In this document: positions 13,098 through 26,093 of the stretch, in pieces
Layout of the letters: each line of letters begins with the position of its first letter
How positions within the stretch are numbered: position 1 is the stretch's first letter
Origin: Octopus sinensis
Lineage: Eukaryota
DNA: 61,839 nt
Assembly (NCBI RefSeq): GCF_006345805.1
Contig: NW_021832245.1
Span: 1-61,839, forward strand
Reading direction: 5' to 3'
Position numbers and translations under genes: made by a program
The notes under the pieces: generated by a model
The model's input: the letters and a program-made list of their open reading frames with translations, nothing else
The model's database searches: none
What the model was told of the DNA's origin: nothing

Positions 13098-13264
13098 GTA
13101 TATATACGACGGGCTTCTTTCAGTTTCCGTCAACCAAATCCACTCACAAGGCCTTGGTCGAGGCTATAGTAGAAGGCATTTGCCCAAGGTTCCACGCAGT
13201 GGGTATGAACCCGGAACCATGTGGCTGGTAAGCAAGCTACTTACCACACAGCCACTCATGCGCC
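12821..13264 (-). mobile_element. Family-A SINE, full length
   Basis: Head, CA/TA microsatellite and tail present. Confidence 0.9.
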
Positions 13265-14435
13265 GAGTTGAAAATCTAAATATTGGTTTCAAATGCTGGC
13301 ACAAGGCTAGCACTTTCGGAGGGTGGGGTGGGGCGATAAGTCAATTACATCGACCTTAGTGTTCAGCTCGTAGTTATTTTATCGACCTTGAAAGAATTAA
13401 AGGCAAAATCGACCTCGGTGGAATTTAAAACTATGAACGTAAAGACGGACAAAATGATGCTAAGCATACTCAAAGCATAAGCGAGGCCTGATTATGTAGT
13501 TAAGAAGCTTGCTTCGTAATTAAATTTCGCGCGTTCGATTGACCACGCGGCATCTTAGTTAAGGTGTTTTCACAAGTTTACCAAAACCTTTTTAGCTAAA
13601 ATTAGACAAACGGAAACTGTGAGGAAGCCTGCCAGGTGAGTTGTATCTGCTCTCGTGAATCAGACTTCACCCGTTCCATCATCACATTTAACACTAACAT
13701 CTGATCTGAAGCTTGGCTGATAATTTTCGAAATTTCAAAGTTTATAGAAAATTTTGAAATTTGGTACATTAATGTTGTTTTCCAAGCTGAATCTCAGGAG
13801 ATATTTCACTTTTTCCAGAAAAATTTTTATAAACAAGTTATAGAGGTTTAAACCTTGATAATTTTCACCCAGGCAGAAAACAGGATTTAGTGAGTGACAA
13901 CACGTGTTATCAACTGTAGACAAATGAAATACTAATGGAATTCTGCTTTACACACACCATATAATCCTCATAACTTTTTTTATTTTTTGGAATTTTCAGA
14001 AAATTTTTATGAATTTGTATTCTACACATGGGAATTCATACGATTATGCAAAAATATATATATATATATACAAACTAGAATCTTTGGGGGTGCGTGATTT
14101 AAGGCCTATTTAGCTGTTAGTTTTAGCACATCTCACCACCATCTTAGTGAATAGAATATATTTTTCAACACGTAGTTTCTCACAGGCAAAAGAGTTCTCA
14201 TGCTTGGCTTGTTACTATGGAAACAGGCATGAAAGTGTCTGTGGCTTGCGATTGGCTAGATTTTCAAACTTTAAAAGCTATTAATTCCTTATTGATCTAT
14301 GGCAGAAATGAATTTCAAGGCATTGATTAGCAAATAAAACTATTTCATTACACCGAATGTGAAATCAATTCAAACAGAAATTGAAGAGATTAACAACTGG
14401 CACCCAAACAGAAAGGATCCCTAACATCTTTGTGC

Positions 14436-14514
14436 TTCGACGAAGTTCAGTAACGTCGAGCGTAGTGAGTACTTAGATGGGTGACCGCTTGGGAAACCTA
14501 GGTGCTATAAGCAT
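14436..14514 (+). pseudogene. 5S rRNA 3'-half fragment (pseudogene or SINE3-like remnant)
   Basis: GAAGTTCAGTAACGTCGAGCGTAGTGAGTACTTAGATGGGTGACCGCTTGGGAAACCTAGGTGCTATAAGC follows the 5S A-box/IE/C-box region and 3' end; the 5' half is absent. Confidence 0.75.
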
Positions 14515-14859
14515 CTTTCACATACACACTTGACCGACGAAATAGCAGAGTCGTTAGAGCATAGAACAACATATCATGCAATATTTGTTATGGCTCTCTT
14601 ACGCTCTTAGCTCAACTTTGTTTATTCCGCACAGAGGTCGACTTTGCCTTTCATCCTTTCGGGGTCGATGAAATAAGTACCTGTTACCCACTGGGATCGA
14701 TGTAATCGACTTCTTCCCTCCCACAAAATTTCAGGCCTTGTGCCTGTAGTACAAGGAATTATTATTATTTCTCATTATCACAAATTTTGTTGGAACCCCT
14801 GGAGTTTTGCATGCGTAGTGGCTTGCTACCTGATGCCTACGGTACCATACTACCCGTTC

Positions 14860-15249
14860 AAGGCGGCGAGCTGGCAGAAACGTTAGCGCGCCGGGCGAAA
14901 TGCTTAGCGGTATTTCGTCTGCCGTTCCGTTCTGAGTTCAAATTCCGCCGAGGCCGACTTTGCCTTTCATCCTTTCGGGGTCGATAAATTAAGTACCAGT
15001 TACGCACTGGGGTCGATGTAATCGACTTAATACCTATGTCTGTCCTTGTTTGTCCTCTGTGTTTAGCCCCTTGTGGGTAATAAAGAAATAGGTATTTCGT
15101 CTGCCGCCGAGGTCGACTTTGCCTTTCATCCTTTCGGGGTCGATAAATTAAGTACCAGTTACGCACTGGGGTCGATGTAATCGACTTAATACCTATGTCT
15201 GTCCTTGTTTGTCCTCTGTGTTTAGCCCCTTGTGGGTAATAAAGAAATA
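14860..15249 (+). mobile_element. Family-B SINE with internally duplicated 3' half
   Basis: Two tails in tandem, junction AAAGAAATA|GGTATTTCGTCTGCC. 19-bp TSD GGTACCATACTACCCGTTC at 14841-14859 and 15250-15268. Confidence 0.9.
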
Positions 15250-15806
15250 GGTACCATACTACCCGTTCTTTTCAGCTATCTAACACTTTCCTGATTATTC
15301 TGGCAGTGCCAAAGAGGCAAACTTTTTGTAACTGTTCTACTGGGCATTCTATTCCAATTTCCTTTATGTTCCCCTTGATGCCTTATTATTGCTGTTGTTA
15401 TTATTATTATTATTATTATTGTTTTTGTTGTTGCTGTTGTTGTTGTTATTATTTAAGCATAGGTATATTATTGCTTATGTCTGTTTTCCTACTGTTGCCC
15501 CAAATTCCTAGAAACAGAAACAAATTCTTAGCGCGCTAATCAATCATACCCTATCTTGATATCAATCTTTTTCTTCCTTTCTCAAATAAATTCTTTCTTA
15601 TTCTCTTTCTATCATGTTCTTAGACTCACGGTGTCACGCTGCTTTCTGTATATGCCTGCGTGCCTGTCTGCCTGTCAGCCTGTCTTTTCCAAGCTGCTTG
15701 CGTCTACGTCTCATTCAATTTCTCATCTCACTAAACACACACACACATCGCATATACATGCATACATACATGCGTACATACATACATACATACATACATA
15801 CATACA

Positions 15807-15840
<34 letters not shown>

Positions 15841-15904
15841 CATACATACATACATACATACATACATACATACATACATACATACATACATACATACATA
15901 CATA

Positions 15905-16208
15905 GGCTTCGCAAAACCAAAGAGGAGAAAGCTGATTCCAAGACTACAAATCCAAGCCATCACTGGAACTGTAAAAGTTTGTATAACTTTCCAGAAGTTT
16001 TGTATTGAAGTATAAATGTGCATGTCTAGATATGCAACTATATGAACGAGAATATATACATAAAACAAAATATACAAATCTACATATATACATGCAAAAA
16101 ATACCCTGTTGATGTTACTGAAATTCCAATGAAAGAATTTTGGATCTTGATTAGAAAACTGTTCTTTCCCTATTGGCAAGAAATCTTGAAATAAAGCTGA
16201 ATAATGAT
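15905..16208 (+). mobile_element. 3' fragment of the TACA-associated R4-like LINE
   Basis: Encodes the ORF end GFAKPKRRKLIPRLQIQAITGTVKVCITFQKF plus 3' UTR ...AAGAAATCTTGAAATAAAGCTGAATAATGA; TACA arrays on both sides. Confidence 0.8.
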
Positions 16209-16241
16209 ATATGTGCATACATACATACATACATACATACA

Positions 16242-16275
<34 letters not shown>

Positions 16276-16279
16276 CATA

Positions 16280-18158
16280 CCTTTGACTCTGTTCCCCACT
16301 CATGGATGCTTGAAGCTCTTCAGCTTGCTAAAGCTCCAGTGAGAATAGTCAAAGCCATGGCTGACCTGATTTCATCGTGAGTCACAATCTTGAAATTAAA
16401 CACAAAGAGTGACTGTATTATCATCGATAGAATACAGTATCGCAAAGGCATATTCCAAGGAGACAGCCTCTATGTGATGTTGCTTATACTTTCTGTAAAC
16501 CCCTTGTCATTCATGTTAAGGATGTCTGAAGGATATCTCACTGGTTCACAAGGAAACAGAAATACCAAAATTACTCACTGTTTCTTTGTGGATGATTTAA
16601 AACGTTATGCAAAGAATATGCACCAGATGGAAAAGAGCCTTGACCTAGTTACAGCATTCTCAAAGTACGTAGGGTTGGAGTTTGGTCAGGATAAATGTTG
16701 TTATGTGGTTGTAAAAAGAGAGCAAAACTATAGATCAGACTAGTAACATCTCCATCAATGGTTTGACTGTTTCCCCTGTATCTGACGAGGAATGTTACGG
16801 GTATCTAGGAGTGGATGTAAATATATCTTACAATTGCACCTGTAACAAAACACGCGTCACTAAAAAATATTACAGCCGAATAAAGAAAATTTGGACCTCA
16901 GAACTCTGCATTCAGTAAAACTGTGGTTCACAATGTGTTTGCAGTGCCAGTACTCATACCAACATTTGGGCTGCTTGATCGGACGCTTGATGAGATCCGA
17001 GCCATTGATATGAAAACCAGGAAAATACTAACAAGTACACACAAATTCCACATAAGCAGTGACATAGACCGCCCCACCTGAAACGAAAACAAGGCTGCAG
17101 AAGCTTAATATCGATCCAAAATGTCTTTGAATGTTGCATAATATCCCTTCGGCAACATCATTTAACCACTAATTGTCGAAGTGCATCCCATGACCAAGTT
17201 TGCATACCTGAGGCTGATAACATCATAAGACTTGGAAAGCAGCTCCTTGAGCAACACTCTTTGTGTAATAACCTAGAATACATCCCCAAAGAAGTCGTAC
17301 TACTCTACCACAAGATCAGATGAAAGGATGAGCCTCTATGAGCAGAAGACTATGCACGAATATTTTAGTAGAAAGGTCCGTGATGATAGTAACATCGATC
17401 ATCAAAGTAGTCTATCATGGACCAATAGCCGGATTACTACCTTTCACTTTGAAGGGTATGTGCTTGCAATCCAGGAACAGGAAATATCAACCAAGTACCT
17501 GATGCACAAAAGGGACAGAGATGCAGGAAAAGCTGAAAAATGTGACAACTGACACGATGTTGTAGCTAGAACACTCTATAATGAAATCCGTCTGAAGGAT
17601 AATCTCGAGGACGAAAAATAAGAACCCACAATATGGTAGAAGCCATAACCACTCATAATAAAAAGGAATACTGGTGGAATGTACCAGTGAACAGACATGA
17701 TATAATGATTTGGGATAGAGAAGAGAAACTGTGCACAGTTGAGGCAAATAGCTGCCCAGCAGATGTTAACATAAGGCTGAAGATCAATGAATAAGAGAAC
17801 ACGTACGCTATGCAGATTACAAGTACAGGTTTATACCTGTAATTATTAGGGCGCTGGGATATGTAACACACTGCCTAAATACCAGCCTTGAGATATGCAA
17901 CTATATTCATGAGAATACATACATAAAACATATAAATCTGTACATATATACATACATACATGCATACATACATACATACATACATACATACATACATACA
18001 TACATACATACATACATACATACATACATACATACATTCATACATACAAAAATATCCTGCTGCTGATGTTGAAATGCCAATGAAGGAGCATTGGATCTAT
18101 GTTAGAAACCGGTTCTTTCTCTATTGACAAGAAATCTTGAAATAAATTGAATAATGAC
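16280..18158 (+). mobile_element. 5'-truncated, decayed R4/Dong-like (REL endonuclease) non-LTR retrotransposon
   Basis: Starts FDSVPHSW; RT motifs KGIFQGDSL and FFVDDLK; C-terminal HDVVARTLY..EYWWNVPV..IWDREEK..IPVII; many stops and frameshifts; 3' UTR ends in (TACA)n. Confidence 0.85.
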
Positions 18159-18449
18159 ATACATACATACATACATACCTACCTACCTACCTACCTACCT
18201 ACCTACCTACCTACCTACATACATACATACATACATACATAATACATACATACATACAAAAATATCCTGCTGCTGATGTTGAAATGCCAATGAAGGAGCA
18301 TTGGATCTATGTTAGAAACCGGTTCTTTCTCTATTGACAAGAAATCTTGAAATAAATTGAATAATGACATACATACATACATACATACCTACCTACCTAC
18401 CTACCTACCTACCTACCTACCTACCTACATACATACATACATACATACA

Positions 18450-18480
<31 letters not shown>
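18048..18480 (+). repeat. Tandem duplication (period 210 bp) of the LINE 3' terminus plus TACA/TACC tail
   Basis: 18048-18158 recurs essentially identically at 18258-18368; each copy is followed by TACA-TACC-TACA arrays. Confidence 0.9.
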
Positions 18481-18481
<1 letters not shown>

Positions 18482-18769
18482 CACACACAGTAGATACATA
18501 CCAACCCGTCTGGAACGAAGTATGGCTAAACTTGGGATCCTGGGGAGAGAACGTAGGTCCATAATTCATGCTCTACAAATGATCACATTATCAGGAACTA
18601 TAAAAAGACATATATGATGCGATATGCACGTCTTCCCCCGATACAGTTCCTGAGACATATTTAAGAATCCAAACTTAAAAATTTATTTGCTTATTATATT
18701 ATTTTAGTATAATATCATGAAGATATTTTTTAATATTTCAATATTTCTCGATGTTATATAAATTTGAGA

Positions 18770-19290
18770 TTGCAGTGGACTACATCTTTAGGCAAAGTCT
18801 TGATCCCTTGATCCCAGGAGAAAGGCCTCACCAACAATCAGAGTATGCATGTATTTGACCTCGACTTTGTTGATAATGTTATCCTCATATTCGACCTCGA
18901 CTTTGTTGATGATATTATCCTTACAGCTCATCGACTGCGTGATGTGCAAGACTTAACTTCTCTTGAGAATTTTATTTCTTCAAGTCGCCCTGTTTCTCAA
19001 TCTAAAGAAGTACCGTTCCTTGTATAAAGAACTCCTTTTTGTCGAAAATTAGGTAAAAAAAATATGGAGTTTCTTATACATAGATAGTATTATATATAAT
19101 CCCTTACAAAACCTTTTTTCCAAATTTTAAGCTCCCCAAATTAGGGGATTCCTGATGCACGAGAGTTCCTTATACACGGTAACCAATGTGGACGAAATTC
19201 ATCAGCCAATTTGTTACAACGACGGCACACAGTTCAAGGAGGTTAGTAATTTCAAGTTCCATCGCTCCTATGTTGCTGATATTAAGCAAA
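18770..19290 (+). pseudogene. Highly decayed RTE-like RT remnant
   Basis: DLDFVDDIIL (FADD-like, locally duplicated, 39-bp period) and downstream DGTQFKEVSNFKF, resembling the RTE KEV..FKYLGS motif; interrupted by unrelated AT-rich sequence. Confidence 0.5.
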
Positions 19291-19851
19291 ACATCTTGAC
19301 ATGCAAAAAACTAGATTTAACCCTTTTTTACCATATTTTTGTCAAAATACACTGTCTTTGATTCAGTTGATTTTGAAAATAATGAAGAATTTGAGCTGGC
19401 AGAATCGTTAGCAGTCTGCACGAAATGCTTAGCGGTATTTCGCCCAAAACTGTATTGAAACCATTTGTGGGGGAAAATTGTAATGTGTTTATCGCGTTTG
19501 CATTAAATGCATATTTAATGCTTAAAACTATCTGTTTGGTCGTTTCTTTTTGTCATTGAGATGGTTGTGAGGCGTGCTAAAAAATAACACCTCTAAATAA
19601 CGTTTTTTGGATAAATCTTTTACGTTCGTGTTATCGCATTAAATGTATATTGAATAATTCAAGCTACAAAACACGTGTTGTTTACAAATATCGACAATGC
19701 GTGCTAATTTCAGGATGTTGACGACAAAATGTGCAGTTACGCACAAAATGACAACTTCCAAATGTTGTTTCCTGACTGGGTGAAAATTATCAAAATTTAA
19801 ACCTCTATAACTTTTTAAAAATATTTTTCTGAAAAAAGTGAAAAAGTAAAG

Positions 19852-22535
19852 CGTGACGATATTAACGATAGACTCAGCTGATAAACCGACACGTCCCACA
19901 CGTGACAGCAGTCGTTCGACATAAGCCCACAGGTCGGAGATTGTTGGACACTGCACGCAATCGTGCAGAACGGTTTCGTCGCTCTGACCGCATCTCGGGC
20001 AGGTCGGCCCCGTGTTTCTCGAGCCTTGCCTATAGAGGCCAGGGATCTCTGGAAGTTGTCCATAGGTACCGGCCCGAAGGTCGTCTCAAACAGGCGGGTC
20101 AGGTATTCCTCGTCGACGCCCAGGTTCTCCTCAAGATCATCGTCGTACCTCCCCTCTACTAATCCCCTATAGAATGCTTTGGTTGTGTTGAAGTCACTCA
20201 AGGTCGACACGGGACGGCATAGTTGCTTGAGAGCAACGTGACACTCGCGGTGCCATTCGCCCTTCCTCGGCCTCTTTTTGATCCACGACTGCAGTTCTGT
20301 CATGGAGACGAGCTGCGGGAAAGCGTGCCTCACAAACGGCGACCACACCTGTTCACCGTCGTCTACATAGAGCTGGAGATGTCGCAGTCTCAGCGCGTGT
20401 CTGCGCATCATCAACCACGGCATGCCCAGCCCTCCTTTTAACGGGTGTTGACAGCAAATGGATCGCTTGACCATCGGGACGCATCCTTTCCACAAGAAGC
20501 AGAAGAGAATGCGTTCTAGTTCGGTGATGGTAGGGTCGGGACAAGGTACGACGGTCAGGCGGTAGTAGATGATGGACGCGATGTACGTGTTCGCCACCTC
20601 CGCACGACCTTTTAGGGACATTTTCCTCTCGGCTCATAGTCGGGTGAGAGTGACCACTCTTCTCGTTATCTCGTTCCAGTTCTTCTCCATTTGGAGGTCC
20701 GGACCGAACCAGACCCCGAGCAACTCGACCGGGCCGTCCGTCCAGCGTCCCACGACGGAGGTGCTGGTGGACGGCATGGGCTTGCTTCTCCAGGTGCCGA
20801 GCCGCAAGCCCACTGACTTTTCCCGGTTGATTTTCGCTCCTGTCATCGCTTCGTAGTCTTTCAATATCTCGCCGACCAGCTCGATGTGCTCGTGGCTTGA
20901 CACTATGACGGTGACGTCGTCCGCGTATGCAGACACGCTCGTTCCGCATCCCAGTTCTCGCGGGACGCCCCTCAGAGTCGCCAGCTTCTGCAGTAGTGGC
21001 TCGAGAGTCAATACGTATAGAAGCGACGAGAGGGGGCATCCCTGACGAACCGAACGTGCAATGTCGAAATGTCTCGATAGATGTCCATTTACGCGAATTA
21101 CCGAACGGATACCTCTGTACAAGGCAGCTATCCAGCCGCGGAAGACTGGACCGAAACCAGCCGCTCTCAGGACTGCCTCCAAGTATCGATGGTCTACCCT
21201 ATCGAAAGCTTTCGATTGATCCAAATTGATCAGGGCCCCACCCATGCCAGGTTCCTTAACTACTCTGTCTATGATGTAGCGCATCAGATGGAGGTTGTCA
21301 TGGATACTCCGGCCCGGCACGGCACACGTTTGTGCCTTGTCGACCAGTTTCTCGATGACAAGTGCCAACCTCTTGGCTAACACCTTGGTCAAAATTTCAG
21401 GTCTGCATTGAGCAGAGTGATTGGCCTAAAGTTATCTATAATGTCCCCCTTGTTTGGATCTTTCTTCAGCAGCGTTACGGCTCCTCGACTCACAAAACCG
21501 GGTATGCTCCCGTTTTGTTGCCAGTTGCAGTATACCGCTGCCAAGATGTCTCCAAACAAGTCTGGCATACAATTGTAAAACTCGTAGGCCAGACCATCCA
21601 AACCCAGCGATTTGTCTCTCGAGCATTCTGCCATTGCGTCCCTCCGCCGCCGTGATGGCACCTTCGCAGCACTTTGCCTCTCTTGCCGAGAGTCGTGACA
21701 GGTTGTGCAGGTAGGCACTGAAGTCCACCCTGCGTTCACGCTTGCCACTCGTCCCGTACAGTCGGGCAAAGTGCCGCTGAAATGCCGCGCACATCTTGCT
21801 GGGCTCAAGCAATTCGCGCCCTTGTTCGTCTACCAGAGACCGAATGGTGGCTTTGTTGCCCTGCTGCGCCTCCGCCACCCGGGTCTCTCTCGCAGCTCCA
21901 ACACCTTCCATCCTTAGAGCACGCATCCTAGCCCTGACAGCACACCCTTTGTGTTTGGCGTTGAAGTGTTGGTCGAGGGCCAACCTCGCCGCTAAAACGT
22001 CGGATGTGATGCCGCTTCTTATTGTGTCTTCTAACTTCTTAACTTACTCACCCTCTACTCTATTTCTATCTACGGCTAGTGCCTTGCTATATCTAATAGC
22101 TTCCACTTTTACTGCTCTATTGAGGGCGAACCACCATTTGTTGTTGACGATGGCTCCCGTTAAAGCCCTCTTTACTAACGTGTTGATTCTGTCTCTGAAA
22201 ACCTGTCTGGACGGGAAAGATGCGTTTAGTTTCCAGTAACCGGGACCCTGTCTATGTGCCCTATCTAAGTCTAGCGTACACGTTACGAATTTGTGATCCG
22301 TGTAGCTGACTGTGTGGAATTGTGGACATCCTAAATTATCCCTGTCTACTGTCCTATACAGTATCCTGTCTAGATATGATCTCGACGACCCACTGCGGTT
22401 GCTCCATGTCCACGTTGGTGCATTTAGGTGGTCGAGTCGGTACCTGTCAGACAGTTGGAATCGTCTGAGCAGGTCTCTGAGGCATTTGCATCCCCTTCTG
22501 TTTTTGTCTCCCCCACATAACCTAGATGAAGGCAG
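19852..22535 (-). mobile_element. Tx1/L1-clade LINE ORF2 (AP endonuclease C-terminus, RT, CCHC knuckle), truncated at both ends, frameshifted
   Basis: EN end SYLDRILY..TDHK..GPGYWKLN; RT motifs NFRPITLLNAD, LDQSKAFDRV, VRQGCPLS, AYADD; knuckle CPRCGQSDETVLH..QC; much higher GC than the flanks. Confidence 0.92.
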
Positions 22536-22537
22536 AC

Positions 22538-22572
<35 letters not shown>

Positions 22573-22751
22573 CAGAGAGAGAGAGGGAGAGAGAGAGAGA
22601 GAAAGAGAGATAGACAGATAGATATAGAGATACATAGACAGACAGCTTAGATAGATAGATAGAGAGAGAGAGAGAAAGAGAGAGAGATAAGTGGTTGGTT
22701 AATAGAAAGACAGACAGATAGATAGACAAACAGATAGATAGACAGATAGAA

Positions 22752-22850
<99 letters not shown>

Positions 22851-23000
22851 CGGATTGATTGATGACGACGGTAGGTAGAGAAAAGAGTGAATACAAGAGG
22901 TTATAATTCCAACTCCGAAAAATAAAGATACGCTCTAACAACTCTGCCGGTTCACCTACACACATAAGTGTGGTTGATATGCACATAATATATGTATATA

Positions 23001-23418
23001 GGCGCAGGAGTAGCTGTGTGGTAAGTAGCTTGCTAACCAACCACATGGTTCCGGGTTCAGTCCCACTGCGTGGCATCTTGTGGCATCAAGTGTCTTCTGC
23101 TATAGCCCCGGGCCGACCAATGCCCTGTGAGTGGATTTGGTAGACGGAAACTGAAAGAAGCCTGTCGTATATATGTATATATATATATATATGTATATAT
23201 GTGTGTGTGTTTGTGTGTCTGTGTTTGTCCCTCTAGCATTGCTTGACAACCGATGCTGGTGTGTTTACGTCCCCGTCACTTAGCGGTTCGGCAAAAGAGA
23301 CCGATAGAATAAGTACTGGGCTTACAAAGAATAAGTCCCGGGGTCGAGTTGCTCGACTAAAGGCGGTGCTCCAGCATGGCCGCAGTCAAATGACTGAAAC
23401 AAGTAAAAGAGAAAAGAA
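23001..23418 (+). mobile_element. Family-A SINE, full length
   Basis: GGCGCAGGAGTAGCTGTGTGG head through GACTGAAACAAGTAAAAGA tail. Confidence 0.9.
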
Positions 23419-23477
23419 AGAAAAAATATATATATACACACATACATATTATATATGTGTGTGAATGTAAATATGTA

Positions 23478-23564
<87 letters not shown>

Positions 23565-24039
23565 AATATGTCTGTGCTATCTCTCCCCTACCTCTTCTTC
23601 AATCTTTCGCCATCTAAGCAACAGGTTTTCAATAAGAGTATAGACGCCACTACATGCACCGCCATTATCTCTCCCTCCAACCACTACCACCACCACCACC
23701 ACCACCACCACCACCACCATCACCACCGTCTTTAAGTGTTCCCTTACCTCGACATAACTGTCACAGCATTATTGATGACGGGCTATTCATGATGGACCTC
23801 GAAGTAGGGTGAGTAAGGACAGGTGCAATGAACAGTCGAGGAAAAGAGTCGCTTTTCAAACAGTACTTGAATTCAACAGAAGAACTCATCTAGTGCGAAC
23901 ACCCAAATAGTACGACCACCACCACTAAATGTTTTTTTTTTGTATGTTCGTTTTAGCCAGCAGATGAAATCACAAGATTTATCATCACCACCATGACAAC
24001 AGGCAACTATCACAATCACCGTTACAACCATCGAACAAG

Positions 24040-24046
24040 GACGATA

Positions 24047-24103
<57 letters not shown>

Positions 24104-24520
24104 ATGATGACGATGACGATCATCATCATCATCATCATCGCCATCATTGTCGCCGTTATCGTCGTCTTGCTGCCTTCGTCGTTCTCATTAAAGTTGTCAT
24201 CATCGTCGTCGTCATCATCGTCGTGAATCCTCCTCCGCCTCATCATCATCGTCGTCGTCACGTTGTCGTCGTCATCATCATCATCTTCATCATCATCATG
24301 GTCGCCGTCGTTATTATTATCATATTTTTTCCTGTCAACTCCCGTCCATATCACTCTCCACCTTCATTACCAAGATGATAATCTTCGTTGTCACCATCAT
24401 CACCATCAATGTTGCTATCGCCATCATTATCATCATGGCCCCCCCACCACCACCACCACTATCACCACCACCACCACCACCGCTATCACCACCACCACCA
24501 CTGTCGTCGTTGTTGCCATC
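24040..24520. repeat. Compound trinucleotide repeat block (GAT, CAT, GTC, CAC)
   Basis: Direct reading. Confidence 0.9.
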
Positions 24521-25029
24521 ACAAATGTCATTACCATTAATTGTAGCATCTTTATTGTCGTCATAATTCACGACACAAGGACACCAATTCATACGGGAGC
24601 GTTACTCCACGACATATTACTGGTATTTAATTTTAACCATCTCAAGAGATTAAAGCAAAAACAACCCAGAAGGATTTTAAGTGCAAAGTGACATTGCTAA
24701 ATAAAAACCCGCAAAATATATTACATGCTATTGTAAAATTTCTCAGAGACGCCTCTTGTATGAAAGACAGATAGTTAAATATATGCGAACATAATTTTAA
24801 TGAACCAAAATTAATTCCTTATCAATTGAAATTATTGATGAGCCATCAATATAAAACTAAAGTGGTTGATTGGCGCAGTCGTTAGCTCTTTCCCCTATTA
24901 ACTGAGCGCGTAACACACGCACACACTCTTATAGTTTAATATAGTTAAGGATAAAGCTCCTTGTCGAGCTATACAGATTCATAGTGCCAGTTTTCCGGAT
25001 TTTCTGGCGTATACACTCCGTCCACTGGA

Positions 25030-25200
25030 TGAGACACCGGTCCGTCGCAGGATTACTCATTTTACCAGCCGAGTGCACTGGAGTAACGCGAAATGAAGTG
25101 TTTTGCTCAAGAATACTACGCATCACCCGGTCCAGGAATCAAAACCACAATCTTACGATCATGAGACCAATACTCTAACCACTAATCCACGCGCCCCAAC
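25030..25200 (-). mobile_element. Degenerate CORE-like SINE
   Basis: Minus strand GGGCGCGTGGATTAGTGG head, TTCTTGAGCAAAACACTTCATTTC core, CCTGCGACGGACCGG tail shared with 380-686. Confidence 0.65.
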
Positions 25201-25276
25201 ATAGAGTAATATAAAAGTGTCTAATAATATAACACGTGACTATTTAAATTATAATTCCGTACGATCTTTCAAAATA

Positions 25277-25868
25277 TCAGGTCATCCCATAAGTTCTGTC
25301 CGAATTTTGAATAAAGAAAACAAGTGATCAAATGTTATATTTAATTGAAATTTAATCATCAATGTACTTTTCCTGATTATCTATGACCTCCTTCCATCTA
25401 TTTACAAACTTTTTAATCCCGTCAATGTAAAACTCTTTTGGTTTCAAAGCGAAGATCTCCGAAATGTCGGTTTCGACCTCCTGGCTTGCGAAAGTTATGA
25501 TTCACTAAAGCGGGTCTTTTTTCTTCAAAGCTTGGTTCAAACGCAGTAATTGCTGACACTAGACTTGATCATTGATTGTTGCATTAGGTGGTAACAAGTG
25601 AAAGTGAATTACTCCTTTGTAATCCCACCAGATAGAGAGAAGAGCCTTCTCGGTTGTGGTTGAGCTTTCTCTCTTTTACCAAGCCAGTTTACGACGTTTA
25701 ACATTTCTTTAGAAGATCCATTTTTCGTCACCAGTCACAAGTCTATCCAAAAAGGATGAAATGAGTTCACGAGAATGGAGAGAAGAGCAGATGTCAACCC
25801 GGGACTTGCGGTTGCTTTCGGACAATTTATGAGACACCCATTTTCCAAGTTTAGGAACCTTTCCAAGT
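25277..25868 (-). mobile_element. Decayed mariner transposon, 3' half with one TIR (not in the ORF track)
   Basis: Minus-strand translation LGKWVSHKL...LVTGDEKWIF...IWWDYKGVIHF...FYIDGIKKFVNRWKEVIDNQEKYIDD*; TA followed by TIR TCAGGTCATCCCATAAGTTCTGTCCG at 25277. Confidence 0.85.
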
Positions 25869-25869
25869 T

Positions 25870-26093
25870 ACTACCCACAAGAGGCTAAACACAGAGAGGA
25901 CAAACAAGGACAGACAAATGAATTAAGTCGATTATATCGACCCCAGTGCGTAACTGGTACTTATTTAATGAACCCCGAAAGGATGAAAAGAAAAGTCGAC
26001 CTCGGCGGAATTTGAACTCAGAACGTAAACGGCAGACGAAATACCGCTAAGCATTTCGCCCGGCGTGTTAACGATTCTGCCAGCTCGCCGCCC
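25870..26093 (-). mobile_element. Family-B SINE
   Basis: Reverse complement of the family-B consensus; abuts the truncated mariner. Confidence 0.9.
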
